Shown here: one piece after another, positions 1-14,790 of the stretch
Layout of the letters: each line of letters starts with the position of its first letter
Numbering within the stretch: the first letter of the stretch is position 1
NCBI RefSeq assembly: GCF_009914755.1
Contig: NC_060930.1
DNA from: the human T2T-CHM13v2.0 reference genome, Homo sapiens
DNA: 64,000 nt
Reading direction: 5' to 3' (one strand)
Notes under the pieces: generated by a model
The model's database searches: none
What the model saw: the letters and a program-made list of their open reading frames with translations, nothing else
What the model was told of the DNA's origin: nothing
Translations under genes and position numbers: made by a program

Positions 1-1542
1 GCCCACTGGGCTTGTTCCACCCACCTGGCCTGGCAGGCTGTGCTCAGCTCATGCTACTGGCCGGGATCCCATGCTTGCCAAGGGCAAGCCAGACATGGAG
101 TGGAAAAGGATGCATGAACTAGTGAGTGCAGGATCTGGCCACTGTGCACAGCCAGGCATGCCAGCTGCTGCAGCTGTGTGGGCAGCTCCAGGTGCTGGCT
201 CTATGAGATCCTGTGGCTAGATCAGATGCACTGCAAGCAGCTTCCGTTGCTGGCACCTGCATCTGGATGAGGGGAATGTGCTAGTGCCCAGAAGCTTGGA
301 GACACCAGAAACTGCAGAGCCCCAAAGAGGGTGTCACAGCCCTGGCTCGGGGAGCTTCTTGGTCTGGGCCCTGAGAAGGGCCACAGTTCTTCTCTCTTCC
401 TCATCACCTGCAACTTGGTGAGCAAGGAGGGGCATGTTTCAGCCCTGTTTGTGTTATAGCTTGTTCAGCTCCACCATTTGGCAAGTCCCGAGTTCTTGTC
501 CTGCGTCCAGGAAGAATGAGGTATGCGGACAACTGAAGGGTGAGCAAGGTGAAGAAGTGCTTTACTGAGCAAGAGTACAGTTTTCAGGAAACCCAAAGTG
601 GGTTGCTCCTTTCCACAGGCAGGTCATCCCATCGAGTGCAGCTCTCAGTGGAGAGAAGATCCAGAGTGGAGCTCCTATCTGCAGGCAGATCATCCCAATG
701 ACTGTGCAGCCCCCAGCAGAGAGGACACCTGGAGTGGGTACCTCCTATCCACAGGCAGATCATCCTGAGTCTGGCTGAGTCTGGAGTTTTTATGGGCTTC
801 AGAAGGAAGGAAGTGCATGCTGATTGGTCCATGGGCATCCATGCGCAGGCCTGGAAAAAGCACTGTTAAGTTCTCACTCTTGCACAGACTCTACTGAACT
901 GACAGCCAGGCTCCCATGCTTCAGGCCTTCCCAGGCTTGAAGGTGGGGTTTAACTGAAGACCCTCCCCTTTCCACCCAGGAGCCTGCCTCCTGCCACCAT
1001 CAACATGTTGTCTATGGCACCCAGGCTATTTGTGACAAGGGGTGCCTGCAGGCCTGTGCCAAGCCATCCTCAGCCCCCTCTCAGCTTCCTTCCTGTGCTC
1101 ATCGGTGCCCAAAGTCTGGAGGTGGCCAAGGTGGCAGGGATTGGCATGTCAGTGCCACCCTCAGAACATGCACACCTGGCTGGGTTGTGACAGTGCTGGA
1201 GCTCAGCCTCCAATTTTGCTCTGAAATTGGAGTGGGTGCTGGGAGTAGGGAGAGGCCAGGCAGTGGGAGCAGGCACTCCCAAGCCTGTGGGGATGGGGGG
1301 CCAGGGGGGTTTCCTGGGCCCTCAAGAGTACAGGAATGCCCAGGTCAGCAGCCACAGCTGGGTGACTGCAGCTGTGCCCAGGAGGGCAGGGCTCCTGCCC
1401 CACCAACTTGGAAGGGGGCAAGGCTCCCACCTGTTCCTGGCTCCTGTGAGCTCCATGGAGCATGTAGCCCTAGCCACCCTCTCCTGTTGCAGCTGGCATC
1501 TTCGCAGTGGCTGCTCCAGTTGGGCCACCACTGCCATCAACA
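1..1542 (-). mobile_element. MER52-type LTR (ERV1), runs off the window start
   Basis: Reverse complement starts TGTTGATGGCAGTGGTGGCCCAACTGGAGCAGCCACTGCGAAGATGCCAGCTGC, matching the recalled MER52 5' end; GC-rich body. Confidence 0.8.
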
Positions 1543-4361
1543 AGATGGCAGCTGCTGAAGACTTTTTGGCATAGATGACAGAATACACAGAATACACAAT
1601 TCTAATAGATAGCACACTAGTTTTTTTTCCCCCTGTTGTGATATGATACATATACCATAAAGCTCACCTTTTAAAAGTGTACAATTCAGGTATTTCTAAT
1701 ATATTCAAAGAGTTATACTACCAGTACCACTATTTAATTCTAGTTTATTTGTGTCACCTAAAAGAAACACATACCCATTAGCTGTCACTCCCCATTCCCC
1801 GCAATCATTAATCTACTTTCTATCTCTATGGATTTACCCATTCTGAACATTCTATATAAATAAAATTATATAATATGTGACTTTTTGAGTCTGGATTATT
1901 TCACATGGCATATTTTCAGAGTTCATCTATGTTTTAGCAAGTATCAGAACTTCATTTGTTTTTATAGCCAAATGACCTTCTGGTGTATGGATATGTCATA
2001 TTTTGTTTACTCATTCATCAGTCAGTAGACATTTAGATTATTTCTAAAATTTTGTTATTATGAATAATGCTGTTATGACCATTTGCATACAAGTTTTTAC
2101 ATGCACATATTTTTAATTATCTCATGTATACATTGTGTATACACCTAAGAGCAGAATTTCTGAGTCTCATTGTAACTCTATGTTTAACTTTTTGAGGAAT
2201 TGCAAAACTGTTTTCCAAAGCAGGAATGCTACTTTACATCCTCCCTCCCATATAATATTGTAGTTTTGATTTGTTTTCCCTTCTTTTCATTTGTTTATTG
2301 GCCATTTGTATATATTCTTTGGAGAAATATCTGTTCAAATTCTTTGCCCATTTAAAAAAATTGTGTAGTCTTTTTATTGTTGGGTGCAAGTTCTTCATAC
2401 ATTTTAGGTAGTATTCAATTACTAGATATATGATTTACAAATATTTTCTCCTGTTTTGTGGGTTGTCTTTTTGCTTTCTTGATTGTACCTTCTAAGGTAC
2501 AAAAGTTTGTAACTTTCATGAAGTGCAATTTATCAAATTTTTCTTTTGTTGCTTGTGCTTTGGTGTCATATCTAAGTAACCATTGCCTGATCCAAGATCA
2601 CAAAGATTTATGCTTACGTTTTTTTCTAAGAGCCGTATACTTTTAGCTACATAGTTTTAGTTACACACATTTAAGTTGTTGATCAATTTGGAGTTAATAT
2701 CTGTGTATGGTGTGAGGCAGGGGTCCAACTTTATTATTTTGCCTGTGGAAATTCATTATTTTCAGCATTATTTGTTGAAAAGACAGTTGTTTTCCCCATT
2801 CAGTTATTTCAGCGCCCTTGTTAAAAATCAGTTGACCATCAATGTAAAGGGGCACATGCATGTGTATGTGTGTACATGTGTGTGTGTTTCTTGACTCTCA
2901 ATTCTATTCCATGGTCTCATATGCCAGTGCCACACTGTCTTGATTACTGTTTCATTGTAGTGAGTCTTGAAATCAGAAAATGTGAATTCTCAAACTTAGT
3001 TCTTCTCTCAAGATTGTTTTGGCTATTCAGCATTTCCATATATATTTTAAAATGAGCTTATCCACTTCTAGGGAAAAGGCAGCTGGAATTTTGATTGTGT
3101 TGAATTACTATTGGGCATTATTGTCATCTTATCAACCATGTGTTTTTTGTCTTTCTGTTATATGGTGTATTACATTGACTAATTTTTGTATTTTGAAACA
3201 ATTTTGCATTCTTGAGTTAAATTATATTTGATCATGATGTCTAATCCTTTTATATGTTCTTGGACTCACCTTCTTAGTATTTTTTGAGGATTTTGTGTCT
3301 ATATTAATAAGATATGTTGGTCTTTAATTTTTTGCAGCGTATTTGTCTGGTTTTGATATCAGGATAATATTGGTTTCATAAAATGAGCTGGGAAATGTTC
3401 CCTTCTCTTGTATTTTTTGGAAGGGATTCTTTTGTATGTGTGAAGAATTAGTGTTAATTCTTCCTTAAACATTTGGTAAAATTCACCGGTGGAGCCATCT
3501 GGTCCTAGGAGTTTTTGTGTGCATGTGTGAGTTTCTGATTACTGATTCAATTCAATCTCTTTACTTGTTATAGTTCTATTCAGATTTTTAATTTATACTT
3601 GATTCAGTTTCAGTAGTTTGTATCTTTCTAAGAATTTGTCTATTTCATCTATGTTATCTAAAAGTTTTGTATACAGTTGTTCACAGTATTACTTTATAAT
3701 GCTTGTTAATTTAGTAAAGTCAGTAGTAATATCCCCTCTTTCATTCCTGATCTTTGTAATTGGTAGGTAAAATTATCTAAAAGTTTTCAATTTTTTTCAT
3801 TGATCTTTTCAAAGAACAAACTTTTTTAGTCAATTTTCTCTCTCATTTTTAAAATTCTCTACTTAATTTAGTTCTCCTCTGATATTTATTTTTTCTTTTG
3901 CTTTATTTGAATTTAGTTTGTTTTCCAAATATACCTCTAAAAATTAGTTTAGCTATATCCCATACATTTTGGTTTATTATGTCTTTATTTTATTCATCTC
4001 AAAGTATTTTATAATTTCTCTTTGATTTTTTTTCCTTGAGCCATTGGCTATTTAGGAGTGTGTTATTTAATTTCCACATTTGTAAATTTCCCAAAATGTA
4101 TTGTTATTAATCCATAATTTTACTACGTTTTGATTAAGGATCATACTTTGCATGATTTCAATTCTTTTCAATTCATTAAGATGTATTTTATGGCCTAACA
4201 TGGTTTATTCTGGAAAACGTTTCATGTATACTTGAAAAGAATACGTATTTTGCTGCTTTGGGGTAGAGTGTTCTACTGATGCCAGTTATGTCTAGTTGTT
4301 CAAGTCTTACTTGTTGATCTTCTGTCTAGTAGTCCTATTCATTATTTAAAGTAAGCTACTG

Positions 4362-4680
<319 letters not shown>

Positions 4681-5004
4681 AAAGTAAGCTACTGAAGGCT
4701 ACGACCCTTATTGTTGAATTTTCTACTTCTTCCTTCAACTTTGTCAATTTTTACTTTATGTATTTTAGATCTCATTTAATAAGTGAATATATGTTTACGA
4801 TTGTCATTTCTTGATGTATTGACCCTTTTATCATCATAAAATGTCCTTCCTTGTCTGTTGCCACAATTTTCGTTTTAAAGTTTATTTTGCCTGATTTGTA
4901 TGTAACCATTCTGGATGTTTTTTGGTTACAGTTTGCATGTTCTATCTGTTTCCATCATTTTACTTTCAATTAACTTGTGTTGTTAAATCTAAAGTTTGAC
5001 TCCT

Positions 5005-5810
5005 CACTTCTCAAAAGAAGACATACATGTAGCCAACAAGCATGTGAAAAAATGCTCAATATCACTAATCATTAAGGAAATGCAAATCAAAACTACAATG
5101 ATATACCATCTCACACTAAATAGAATGGCTACTACTAAAGTAAAAAATCACAGATGCTAGTGAGGTTGCAGAGAAAACAGAATGCTTATATGCTGCTGAT
5201 GGGAATGTAAATTAGTTCAGCCACTACGGAAAGCATTCTGGAGATTTCTCAAAGAACTTAAAATAGAACTACCATTTGACTCAGCAATCCCATTACTAGG
5301 TACTTACCCAAAGGAATAAAAATTATTCTGTCATAAAGATATATGTACACACATGTTTATTACAGCGCTAGTCACAATAGCAAGGACATGGAAACCACCT
5401 AGGTGCCCATAACGATGGACTGGATAAAGAAAATATACTATTTTTGGAATAACACAGACATAAAAAAGAACAAGGTCATGGCCTTTGGAGCAACATGGAT
5501 GGAGCTGGAGAGCAAATCGTTGCAGAACAAAAAACCAAATACTTCATGTTCTTACTTATAAGTGAGAACTAAACATTGAGTACACATGGACACAAATAAG
5601 GGATCAACATGCACCAGGGCCTACTTAAAGGTGAAGGGTGGGAGGAGGGTAAGGATCAAAAAGCTACCTATCAGGTATTATGCTGTTTACCTGGGTGACA
5701 ACATTATCTGTACACTAAACCCCCACAACACACAATTTACCCATGTAACAAACCTGCACATGTACCACTTGAATCTAAAATAAAAGTTGAAAAGAAAAAA
5801 AAAATTAAAA
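5005..5810 (+). mobile_element. 5'-truncated L1PA15/16-like element
   Basis: ORF2 3' end plus 3'UTR (...aaacctgcacatgtacc...aataaaa polyA); degenerate TSD agtttg(a/t)ct(c/a)ct. Confidence 0.85.
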
Positions 5811-6334
5811 AGAATAGTTTGTCTACTGCATACTGCATAGAGTTGGCCCATATTTTTAATCCATTATGTGAATCTTTGCCTTTTTATTGGAGCAGTTAAT
5901 CCATTTAAATTTAATGTAATTACTAAAATAATTTATATCTGCCATTTTACTTTTTGTTTACTGTATATGTCTTCTTTCTCATTTCATTACTATCTCTTTT
6001 GTTTTAAACAGATACTTTCTAGTGTACCATTTTAATTTCCTTGTTGTTTCTGTTATTATATATTTTGACTTGTTTTTACAGGTTGTCCTAGAGATTGCAA
6101 TTAACATCTAATATATTACAATTCTGTTTGTCTAATAGCATATAATACGGCTGCTTATATAAAGCCTCATCCCTACCTCCCTTCTCCTTTTTGCTATTAT
6201 TGTGAAGTAATTACACTGTATATCCATCAACACAGATTTATAACTATTCTTTATTCTTAAAAGTTGTCTTTTAAGTCAGATAAGAAAAAAAAGAGTTATA
6301 CATACAAAATACACTTATACTGTCTTTGATTTTT

Positions 6335-6650
<316 letters not shown>

Positions 6651-6667
6651 TAGTTTCCCTCGTTGCT

Positions 6668-6966
6668 TTTTTTTTTTTTTTTTTTTGAGATGGAGTGTCG
6701 CTCTGTCACCTGGGCTGGAGTGCAGTGGAGCTATCTGGGCTCACTGCAAGCTCTGCTTCCCGAGTTCACGCCATTCTCCTGCCTCAGCCTCCCGAGGAGT
6801 AGCTGGGACTACAGGCGCCCGCCACCACGCCCAGCTAATTTTTTGTATTTTTAGTAGAGATGAGGTTTCACCATGTTAGCCAGGATGGTCTCGATTTCCT
6901 GACCTCATGATCTGCCCATCTCGGCCTCCCAAAGTGCTGGGATTACAGGCATAAGCCACCGTGCCT
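6668..6966 (-). mobile_element. AluY
   Basis: gcaagctc/ttcacgccattctcc/gttagccaggatggtctcg Y diagnostics; TSD cctcgtt(g/t)cttt. Confidence 0.9.
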
Positions 6967-8129
6967 CGTTTCTTTATGTAGATATAATTTACTGTCTAGT
7001 ATGCTACAGGGAAGTTTTGTTAGCAACAGTTTTTATTTATCTGAGAATGTTTTAATTTCTCCTTGTTTTAAAAATTGTACCTTTGTCAGATGTAGAATTC
7101 TTTGTGGGCAGTCTTTTTCTTTCAGCACTTTGAATACGTCATCCTGCAGCCTACTGGTCTCCGTAGTTTCACATGAGAAATCAGTTGATATCTTACTGGG
7201 AATCCCTTACAGGCAATGAGTTATTTCTCTGTTACTGCTTTTGAGATTCACTACCTTTGTCTTTCAATAGTTTGATTATGATGTGTTCAGGTGTAAATTT
7301 CATAGAATTTATCCTATGTTGAATTCACAAAGAATTTATCTGATGTGAAAATTACTTTTTTAATTAAAATTGGGAATCTTTTTGCCATTATTTCTTTAAA
7401 TATTCTTTCTACCCCTTTCTTCATCTTTGCTCATTCTGAGACTCCGGTTGTGTTAGTATGCTTGATGGTGTCCCGCGGGTCTCTGTGGCTCCATGCATTT
7501 TTCTTTATTCTTTTTCTGTTTCTCAGGCAAGGTAATTTCAACTGAACTATCTTCAAGTTTGCTGATTCTTTCTTCTGCCAGCTCAAATCCACTGTTGTGG
7601 CCCTATAGTAAACTTTTATTTTATTTACTCTACTTTTGAGTTCCAGATTTTCTGTCTGTTCATTAAAAAAAAATTTCTATCACTTTATGAGTATTCTTTA
7701 TTTGATGAGACATACTTCTGGTATTTTTCTTTCGTTCTTTAAACCTGGTTTATTTTAGTTCTTCAAATTTATTTAAAATACTTGAATTTAAGTCTTAATC
7801 TAGTAAATATAATATCTGAATTTCTTTAGGAATAGTTTCTATTGGGTATATTTTTCTTCCCCTGTTTATAAACTATATTTGCCGATGTCTCTATGTACTA
7901 AAATTTTTGTTAAAAACTGGACATTTAAGATAATATTATGTTTAATTATGAAAATAAGATTCTGCTCACTCCTCAGGGTTTGTTTTGTGCTGTTTGTTTC
8001 CTGAATGACTTTCATGAACTAATTCCATAAAGTCTGTATTCTATGAGGTTGGCTGTGGCTACTAAAGTCTGTGTTGGGTTGCCTTCGTGGTCTTCTAATG
8101 ATTGGACAGAAATTTCTCTACCTAAGAAT

Positions 8130-9530
8130 ATATTTGAGAAATAAGCACTATCTCTATAAAGGAAAACTTAAGGCACTCCTGAGTGACATGAGGACTTGAA
8201 AAAAGAGAACTTCATAATATTTTTGGATTGAAAGATTCAATATAATATAAATAACAATTTTATTAATGTGTTAACTTTAATTGCTATTGTATAATAGCAA
8301 TGAGATATTAAGATGATTTTGAGGGATCTAAACAACTTGAATTTTCATTTCATATAAAAAATAAACAAGCAGAGAAAATTCTAAATAAGAAGAATTACAT
8401 ATCATACAGTGACATAAATCAAACCAGTGTGGTAATGGCAAATAAATGAATGGATAACTCAATGGAACAGAAATAAAAGTCCAGAAGCAGTTCAGTGCAC
8501 TTGAGTAGCATCTCAAATCATTGGAGAAAAGATGCATTACTGATCAGATTGCATTTGAAAAAAACAGTCACACAGAAATAAATAATATTAGAGTGACAAG
8601 AATTTTAAGTAAGATATAAATTGCAATACTCATAAAAAGATAGATTATGCAGGATAAAAATCTACTTAAAATTTTCTTAACCACCTTAAAAGATGAGCAA
8701 GAAACTTTCAAAAAAATTTGTTATGTATAATTTCCATAATATATACCGAAAGTAAAAGACCAATAACTCAATAAAAATGGGTTAGGGATAAAAATAAGAA
8801 TGAAAGGAAAAGAAAATGCAAATCTTAAATGTGCAACTATGTGCCTGACTCACACGTAATATGAGAAATGCAAATACACACAACAATAAATAATATCTTT
8901 TACCTATCTAGTTGGCAAAGAGTAAAAGTTTCATAATACATAGTGTTAGCATGGGCGTGAGAAAACTGGTATGCTACTGGTGGGAGTGTGAATTAGAACA
9001 GCTCTTACTGATCATAACCTGGCAATATTTATGCAAATTACTAATGCAAATACCTTTTAGTTCAGCAATTACACCTTTAAGAATTTATCCAATAAACATA
9101 TCACATGTGTGAAATGACATACCTGTGAAGTTATTTAGTACAATATAGTTTATAATAACAAAAGAATAAAAATAACTTGAATATTTGTCTCTAAGAGGTT
9201 GAATAATACAAAAGAATATCAACAAGTGTGAAAGAAAAGAACTAACAAAGAAAGAAGAAAATAAGCTCTTTATATATTAATATGGAAAGATCTTCAAGAT
9301 ATATTTAAATATAAAACAAAATCAAAATGCAGAACAGTATATATAGGGTGTGCCACCATTTGTGTAAAAAAGATAAATAATATTTTTGCTGCTTATACAT
9401 GGAGGAAGATATAGAAGAGCATTTGTTGTTTATAGGGAAAGGCATTAGAATTGCCTCAAGGGTATAGACCTTTTGCTGCCTAAATTTTGAACATTATTCA
9501 CGTATTATTTATTCAGTAAATGTAAAAATC
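8130..9530 (+). mobile_element. L1ME-type remnant
   Basis: ggattgaaagattcaatat and gagaaatgcaaat...gctactggtgggagtgtgaatt ORF2/3' motifs, highly diverged. Confidence 0.65.
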
Positions 9531-9539
9531 ATATCCAAT

Positions 9540-10400
9540 TTCACCACCACCAAAACAAAAATTGAGGAGAAAAATAAAACCACCTTAAAAATAGTATTTT
9601 TGAAAGCAGCTGAGAACACAATTAGGACAACAGACGTTTGACATAAATGAGCAAAATTAAGTAGGAAAAAAAGAAAGTTTCAAAGAATTAGTGGGAAAAT
9701 GTGAAAAATTATAAAGCCTCAACAGATGTAAAACTAATGCACATTAAAAAGATAAAATTTCCACCAATAAATTCAAAGAAATCTTTCTTGGAATAATGAA
9801 AGATATTCTCACAATTGAGAGCAGAACATGTCAGAGAAAAAACTGACATTAATTGATCAACTTCAGGTCTTTCCTGAGAAAAGTTATTGGACATAATCAT
9901 ATCAGAACACTCCTGTGAACCATCAGGCAAGGAAAGAAAAAAAGAACCTGATGTTTAATGAAGAAAAACAGTAAGTTTGGATTCAGACTTCTTTAGAACC
10001 GCATCCAACGCTAGCGACTGTGGAGCAATGTCTACAAAGCTTTAATAGAAAGGAACATCATCATATTTTATGTCCAGCTACACCACTGTGTGATAATAAA
10101 AAACAAGGAAAAATATTTTCAAACATACAAGAAATCAAGAAATATTGTTTCCATAAACATCCTTGTAAAAACTACCAGAGGACAGACTTCAGCCAACCAA
10201 AATAGGAATTTAGAAGTGAAGATAAATGGAGTCACGGTGAGGAGCGAATTCATTTAAACATTAAACTAATGCTCAACAGTTGTGGGAATTATGCTTATGG
10301 AACCAAATATGACAATTTTACACCATGAAATTGTAGAAATGTTATAATAAAAGCAGAAGGGTGAGAAAATGTAGGAAGTAGCATATGTAGTTGAAATGGC
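9540..10400 (+). mobile_element. HAL1/L1M ORF1-region remnant
   Basis: tcagacttct...tggagcaatgtctacaaag motif in A-rich sequence. Confidence 0.5.
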
Positions 10401-10535
10401 TTAGAGGAGGTCATATTTTATAGTGTTTTTTAAAGTGAACTGTGTAAATATGGTGAACTTGGTGGAGGAAAATAAGCCTGGGGCAGGACTTCTTCTAATA
10501 TTAGCATATTGGGAAGGCTTCCCTCTGGTGCAGAA

Positions 10536-10810
10536 TTTTTTATTTATTTTTATTTTTATTTTTATTTTTATTTTTGCCAGAGTCTCGCTTTGTCATCCAG
10601 GCTGGAGTGCAGTGGCATGATCTTGGCTCACTGCACCTCCACCTCCCAGATTCAAACTATTCTCATTCTTCAGCCTCCCGAGTAGCTGAGAGTAGAGGCA
10701 TGTGCCACCACACCCAGCTAATTTTTTGTATTTTTGGTAGAGACAGGGCTTTGCCATGTTGACCAGGCTGGTCTCAACTCCCGACCTCCAGTGATCTCCC
10801 CGTCTTGGCC
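10536..10810 (-). mobile_element. 5'-truncated Alu (S/J)
   Basis: (TTTTTA)n tail; stops about 45-50 nt short of the Alu 5' end; TSD ctggtgca. Confidence 0.9.
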
Positions 10811-11099
10811 TGGTGCATAGTTTAAAAAATGTTATATGTGAATCTCAGTTTCCACAGTTTCTGCCTATAATAGAAATGCAATGACCTGGTCTTCTGCCTC
10901 CATCATGCCTAATGACCAAAAAGAGATTTATCTCATGCAAAAAGTTCAGGGTTAGGATGTTATATTTGTTAAGATTCCTAACTGGAAAGAGCAAAATTCA
11001 CTCTACCTGGTTATACAAGAAATATTGTTCTTGGAATCATGGGCAAGACTGGAATTACAAGATATAAGCTAACAGGAAAGATTCCTGAAACTATATCCC

Positions 11100-11567
11100 A
11101 ATATTGATCTGGTAAGGGAGTTGCTGCCACCATCCCCAAATTGCTGTGTGATAGAACTCCATGGCTCATTCAGTGACTGTTTTGCACCCATGGTAAGGAT
11201 ATACTTCTGGCTCAGAGCTTAGGTATTGACTGGTTCAGAATATTGGTGAGTATGCACCAGTGCTCATAGCAATTCCAGATGAGAGGCCCAGCTGTAACTC
11301 AGAAAATCCATATGTTCTCTAATCCTCAGGGGTTACCCCTTACTTTCATATCCAATATGGATCATATCTCTGTGGGAAATCTCAGTAATTTCTATATTCT
11401 TCTGGTCAGACCAACCCATAGTCTGCTTCCTACATTGCAAATCCCTCTCAGCAGTTGCTTTCTTCACTCACCCCTCCTCTTCTTTCATGACTGTTACGTA
11501 TGACTAACTCAAGATGTAGGATTTAGAAGAGTCCTTTCTGAAAGTTTGAAGAGGGTAGACAGTTACT
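11100..11567 (-). pseudogene. Fossil exon 23 (most 3' found, end approximate)
   Basis: attattttcttctctgtgttag|; VTVYPLQTFRKDSSKSYILS*SYVTVMKEEEG*VKKATAERDLQCRKQTMGWSDQKNIEITEISHRDMIHIGYESKG*PLRIREHMDFLSYSWASHLELL*ALVH... Confidence 0.55.
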
Positions 11568-11649
11568 CTAACACAGAGAAGAAAATAATTTCAACACTAA
11601 TACAAGGTTATTGGTGTATTTGTTTTACTAAACATTTATGGTTAGTGAG

Positions 11650-11950
11650 TATATTAGTCCATTCTCACACTGCTAATAAAGGCATACCCAAGACTGGGTA
11701 ATTGATAAAGAAACAAGGTTTAATTGACTCACAGTTCAGCATAGCTTGGGAGGCCTCTGGAAACTTACAATTGTGGTTGAAGGGGAAGCAAACACGTTTT
11801 TCTGCCCATGGAGACAGCAAGGAGAGGTGCCGGGAGAAAGGTAACCACCCCCATGATGCAATTACCTCCCACTGGGTCCCTCCCATGTGAGCATTATGGG
11901 AACTACAATTCAAGGTGAGATTTGGGTGGGGACACAGCCAAACCACATCA
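11650..11950 (-). mobile_element. THE1 solo LTR (MaLR) with internal deletion
   Basis: tatattagtccattctcacactgct...ggggacacagccaaaccacatca; 5-bp TSD gtgag at 11645-11649 and 11951-11955. Confidence 0.92.
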
Positions 11951-12049
11951 GTGAGTTTATTTAATCAATAAAGCATATATTAATTTCCAATTTGATGTCA
12001 AAAATTAGTGTTGTAGGAATGCATTGAGCATCCCCCATCATGAGGACAC

Positions 12050-12411
12050 TCTCAGTGGTCATATTTCTTATTGGCTATCACTTTCATTATACTGGTGGTA
12101 CTCATCTCTTTCCATAATCTTCTCACATCTTCTTAATGTTCATTTGTCCCTTATTTTCTCTCCTGTGCTGACAACAGTATCTTAAATTTCCAACGTTATT
12201 ATCTTATTATTTTACAATCTGCTTCCAGATCATGTCCTTGGGAGGGGGTTTATTTTTTGCACCCAAATAGGTTGATTCAATTGTTTTTTGGGTAAAATAA
12301 ACCCAAACAACCCAAGAACTTCCTTACTCATACAAATTATACCTTTCTACCCTTGTAAGTGAAATATCTACCTCCAGAATTTTTTGTAATACAGCCACTT
12401 TGCCCTCCTTG
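12050..12411 (-). pseudogene. Fossil exon 22 (phase 2 start, end approximate)
   Basis: ttttccactgtgactatag|; KEGKVAVLQKILEVDISLTRVERYNLYE*GSSWVVWVYFTQKTIESTYLGAKNKPPPKDMIWKQIVK**DNNVGNLRYCCQHRRENK. Confidence 0.55.
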
Positions 12412-12556
12412 CTATAGTCACAGTGGAAAATGTAATGGTGGAGATTGAAATGGGAAACCAAGAAAAAGGGAGCAAAGATAAAATTAAGATTTGGTATTAG
12501 TAAAAAGGATGAAAACTATTTTTTATCTATGTACCCAATACTGGTGCTAAACTCAC

Positions 12557-12738
12557 TGAAAATCATTAATCGACTTCAGTATATATTTTATTCCTTGATT
12601 TCTGGAAATCAAAATGAAATTCATTCCTTTTGATGTTATTTTTCCACAGGTCACCATTTTTCTTTGATCTGGTATCGTAACATCTTCAAATACAGTCCCT
12701 CCTACCTTTCTTGTTATATTGGCAGATCACTGAAGTTC
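12557..12738 (-). pseudogene. Fossil exon 21 (phase 0 to 2)
   Basis: ttttttatttcattctag| ... CA|gtgagt; ELQ*SANITRKVGGTVFEDVTIPDQRKMVTCGKITSKGMNFILISRNQGIKYILKSINDF. Confidence 0.6.
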
Positions 12739-13429
12739 CTAGAATGAAATAAAAAAAGAAGCATCACCATCAGCATTTTGCTAGTTCTGTCATGCAAACA
12801 TTAAATTTGGGGCACTCAGTATCCTGGCAGTGAAGTGGGTCTTTTTCCACAAAAAATAGCCAGAGAGTCCATTATGGTAGAAATGGTAGCTTTCAGTATG
12901 GGGTCAGGAAACAGCATGTAGTTAATGTTTCTTAACTCTTTCTCTGTTTCCCTCAAACAGGTCCTATAGTAGACTAAAAACTATTGCTCAAGTATTAGTA
13001 GATTATGGAAACTAAATTCCTTCTTGATTTATCATTTATTTGTGAATTCATTAATGAGAAGGAGATTAGAATCACTCTGAAGGCTCATATCCTCCTTATT
13101 TTTGGTAACTCAGCAGGTTTGTGTTAGATTTACCAAAAAACAGGACATCAGTCACAGGCTCATCAGGTACCCTCTTCTAACATGGTTTATTCTTCAACCA
13201 AGAAGCTTCCATTGCTACATAAATGCATTGCGGAGTGAGGAACCCTCTCTACTAGAATGTCAACTGTGAAACATGAAGACCATTGATGGCTCAGATCTAA
13301 GCTGCAGGATTAGAGAGTTCATATGACTGCTTGCACTCTATTACTTCTGTGTTTTTAATTTTCCTCCCAATCCGTACTATATCTGTCTCATGTGACACTA
13401 GTGCTTGAATCTGTCACCCTTTTGGGTGA

Positions 13430-13830
13430 CATTTATTTCACAAATAGTTATTGGAGGGCCACTGCATGTCTGACACTGTTTTAGCTCCTTGAGATAGCTC
13501 AGTGAACAAAACAAAAGGTGTTCCCTTCTGGAGGTTAAATTCTAGTGGTGGTGGTGAGAAGACAAAACAATAAATATGATAAGTAAATTATATAATATGT
13601 CAAAAGATAAAAAGAGCTATGGAGAACAAAAAAATAGAGTAGGGCAACAGGGATCAGGTCTTGATGCCAGAATTGGGAAGTGGTGATTGACATGTGGCTC
13701 TTCTCTTGCTAAGTTGTAATATATATATAAATTCTTCGAGACAGAGTCTGTGTTTTATTTATCCGTGTATCCCTATATATACACCCAGTACAGTGCCCAA
13801 CACTGAGTGGATGACTGAAAACTGTTGAAT
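13430..13830. mobile_element. Two L2 3'-end fragments in opposite orientation
   Basis: cagtgaacaaaacaaaa...ttctagtgg (minus) and cccagtacagtgccc...ctgttgaatt (plus). Confidence 0.6.
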
Positions 13831-13974
13831 TAACTTGCCTCATGCAATTTAGAGCACAAGAAGTGATTTTGTCAGGTTTTACACGTAAGTAACAGGACTT
13901 CAGCACTTTTATAACTCTAGTACTTTCCTCTGCTTCAGCTAAAAAATACCTGGCACATACTCATTTAAAGAAAC

Positions 13975-14164
13975 CTCATTATAAAATGATGTTCTATGCC
14001 ATCGCCTTCAATTTAGTTAGTGTCTCCATTGAAGACTGGGTCACTGTGCTGTTTCTAGCATCTGGCGAAGTATAGCATATAGTCTTAGAACAGATGACCA
14101 AGATACACCCAGCAATGGAGGATTCTACAAACCATGAGCTGCATGTTTCAAAGTGGAGGCAGTT
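13975..14164 (-). pseudogene. Fossil exon 20 (phase 2 to 0; frame ambiguous)
   Basis: tttttcatttcttttctttcccaag| ... GAG|gtttct; TASTLKHAAHGL*NPPLLGVSWSSVLRLYAILRQMLETAQ*...; a phase-0 frame is also open for 56 codons. Confidence 0.48.
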
Positions 14165-14361
14165 CTTGGGAAAGAAAAGAAATGAAAAATCTGCAAAGAA
14201 TCAGGGTGCCTCTTTATATATACTGTATTAGCTTTGAGGACTGAGTCCTATTTGAATCCTGATAGTAAGTTGGAAATACTACTGCTGCTCTGAATCTTGG
14301 ACTTTATGTAAGCTGTTATATTTTCCTTTATGGAGATATTAGTCATTGGCTCATGAACTTT

Positions 14362-14790
14362 TTAGTCAGCCTCTGTTTTAATTAGGGTAAAGGTCACATT
14401 GCTATAACAGAATGGCCCCAAACTCAGTGTTGTAAAGAAGATATAAGTCTATTTTGCTTTCCAGTAAAATGTGACGAGTTTAAGCTGTAGAGGCAGATCT
14501 GCAATCATCTGGGCATTTTCCATGCTTGCATGGTCAAATAAAGGTGCCATCACATCCTGAGTACCAGCCAGCAGGTAGGAGGAAGAGAGGGTAGAGAAGT
14601 TACAACATATTTTTAAAATTCAGATCTAGAAATGGTAGACATCACTTCCCCTGACATCCATTTGTGGGAAATGGATCTCATGGCCATATCTAACTGCATG
14701 GGAGGCCACAGAACAGTGTAGCAATGTAGCCATGGGCTAATTTCATGGAAGAAGGAGAGTATATATTTTGGTGGGCAATTTTCAGTTCCC
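14362..14790 (-). mobile_element. MLT1J/K-like LTR
   Basis: tgctataacaga...actcagtg and catcacttccc...catggccatatctaactgca motifs. Confidence 0.6.

Noticed and set aside
1531-1551. Hairpin ctgccatc-aacaa-gatggcag at the MER52 boundary
   Set aside because: Only an 8-bp stem; compatible with chance.
222-1651. Cluster of overlapping 60-123 aa ORFs
   Set aside because: All lie in the GC-rich MER52 LTR, where stops are rare.
11100-13350. Possible ERVL/MLT internal remnant
   Set aside because: No gag/pol motifs seen; splice-bounded, in-phase frames fit fossil exons better.
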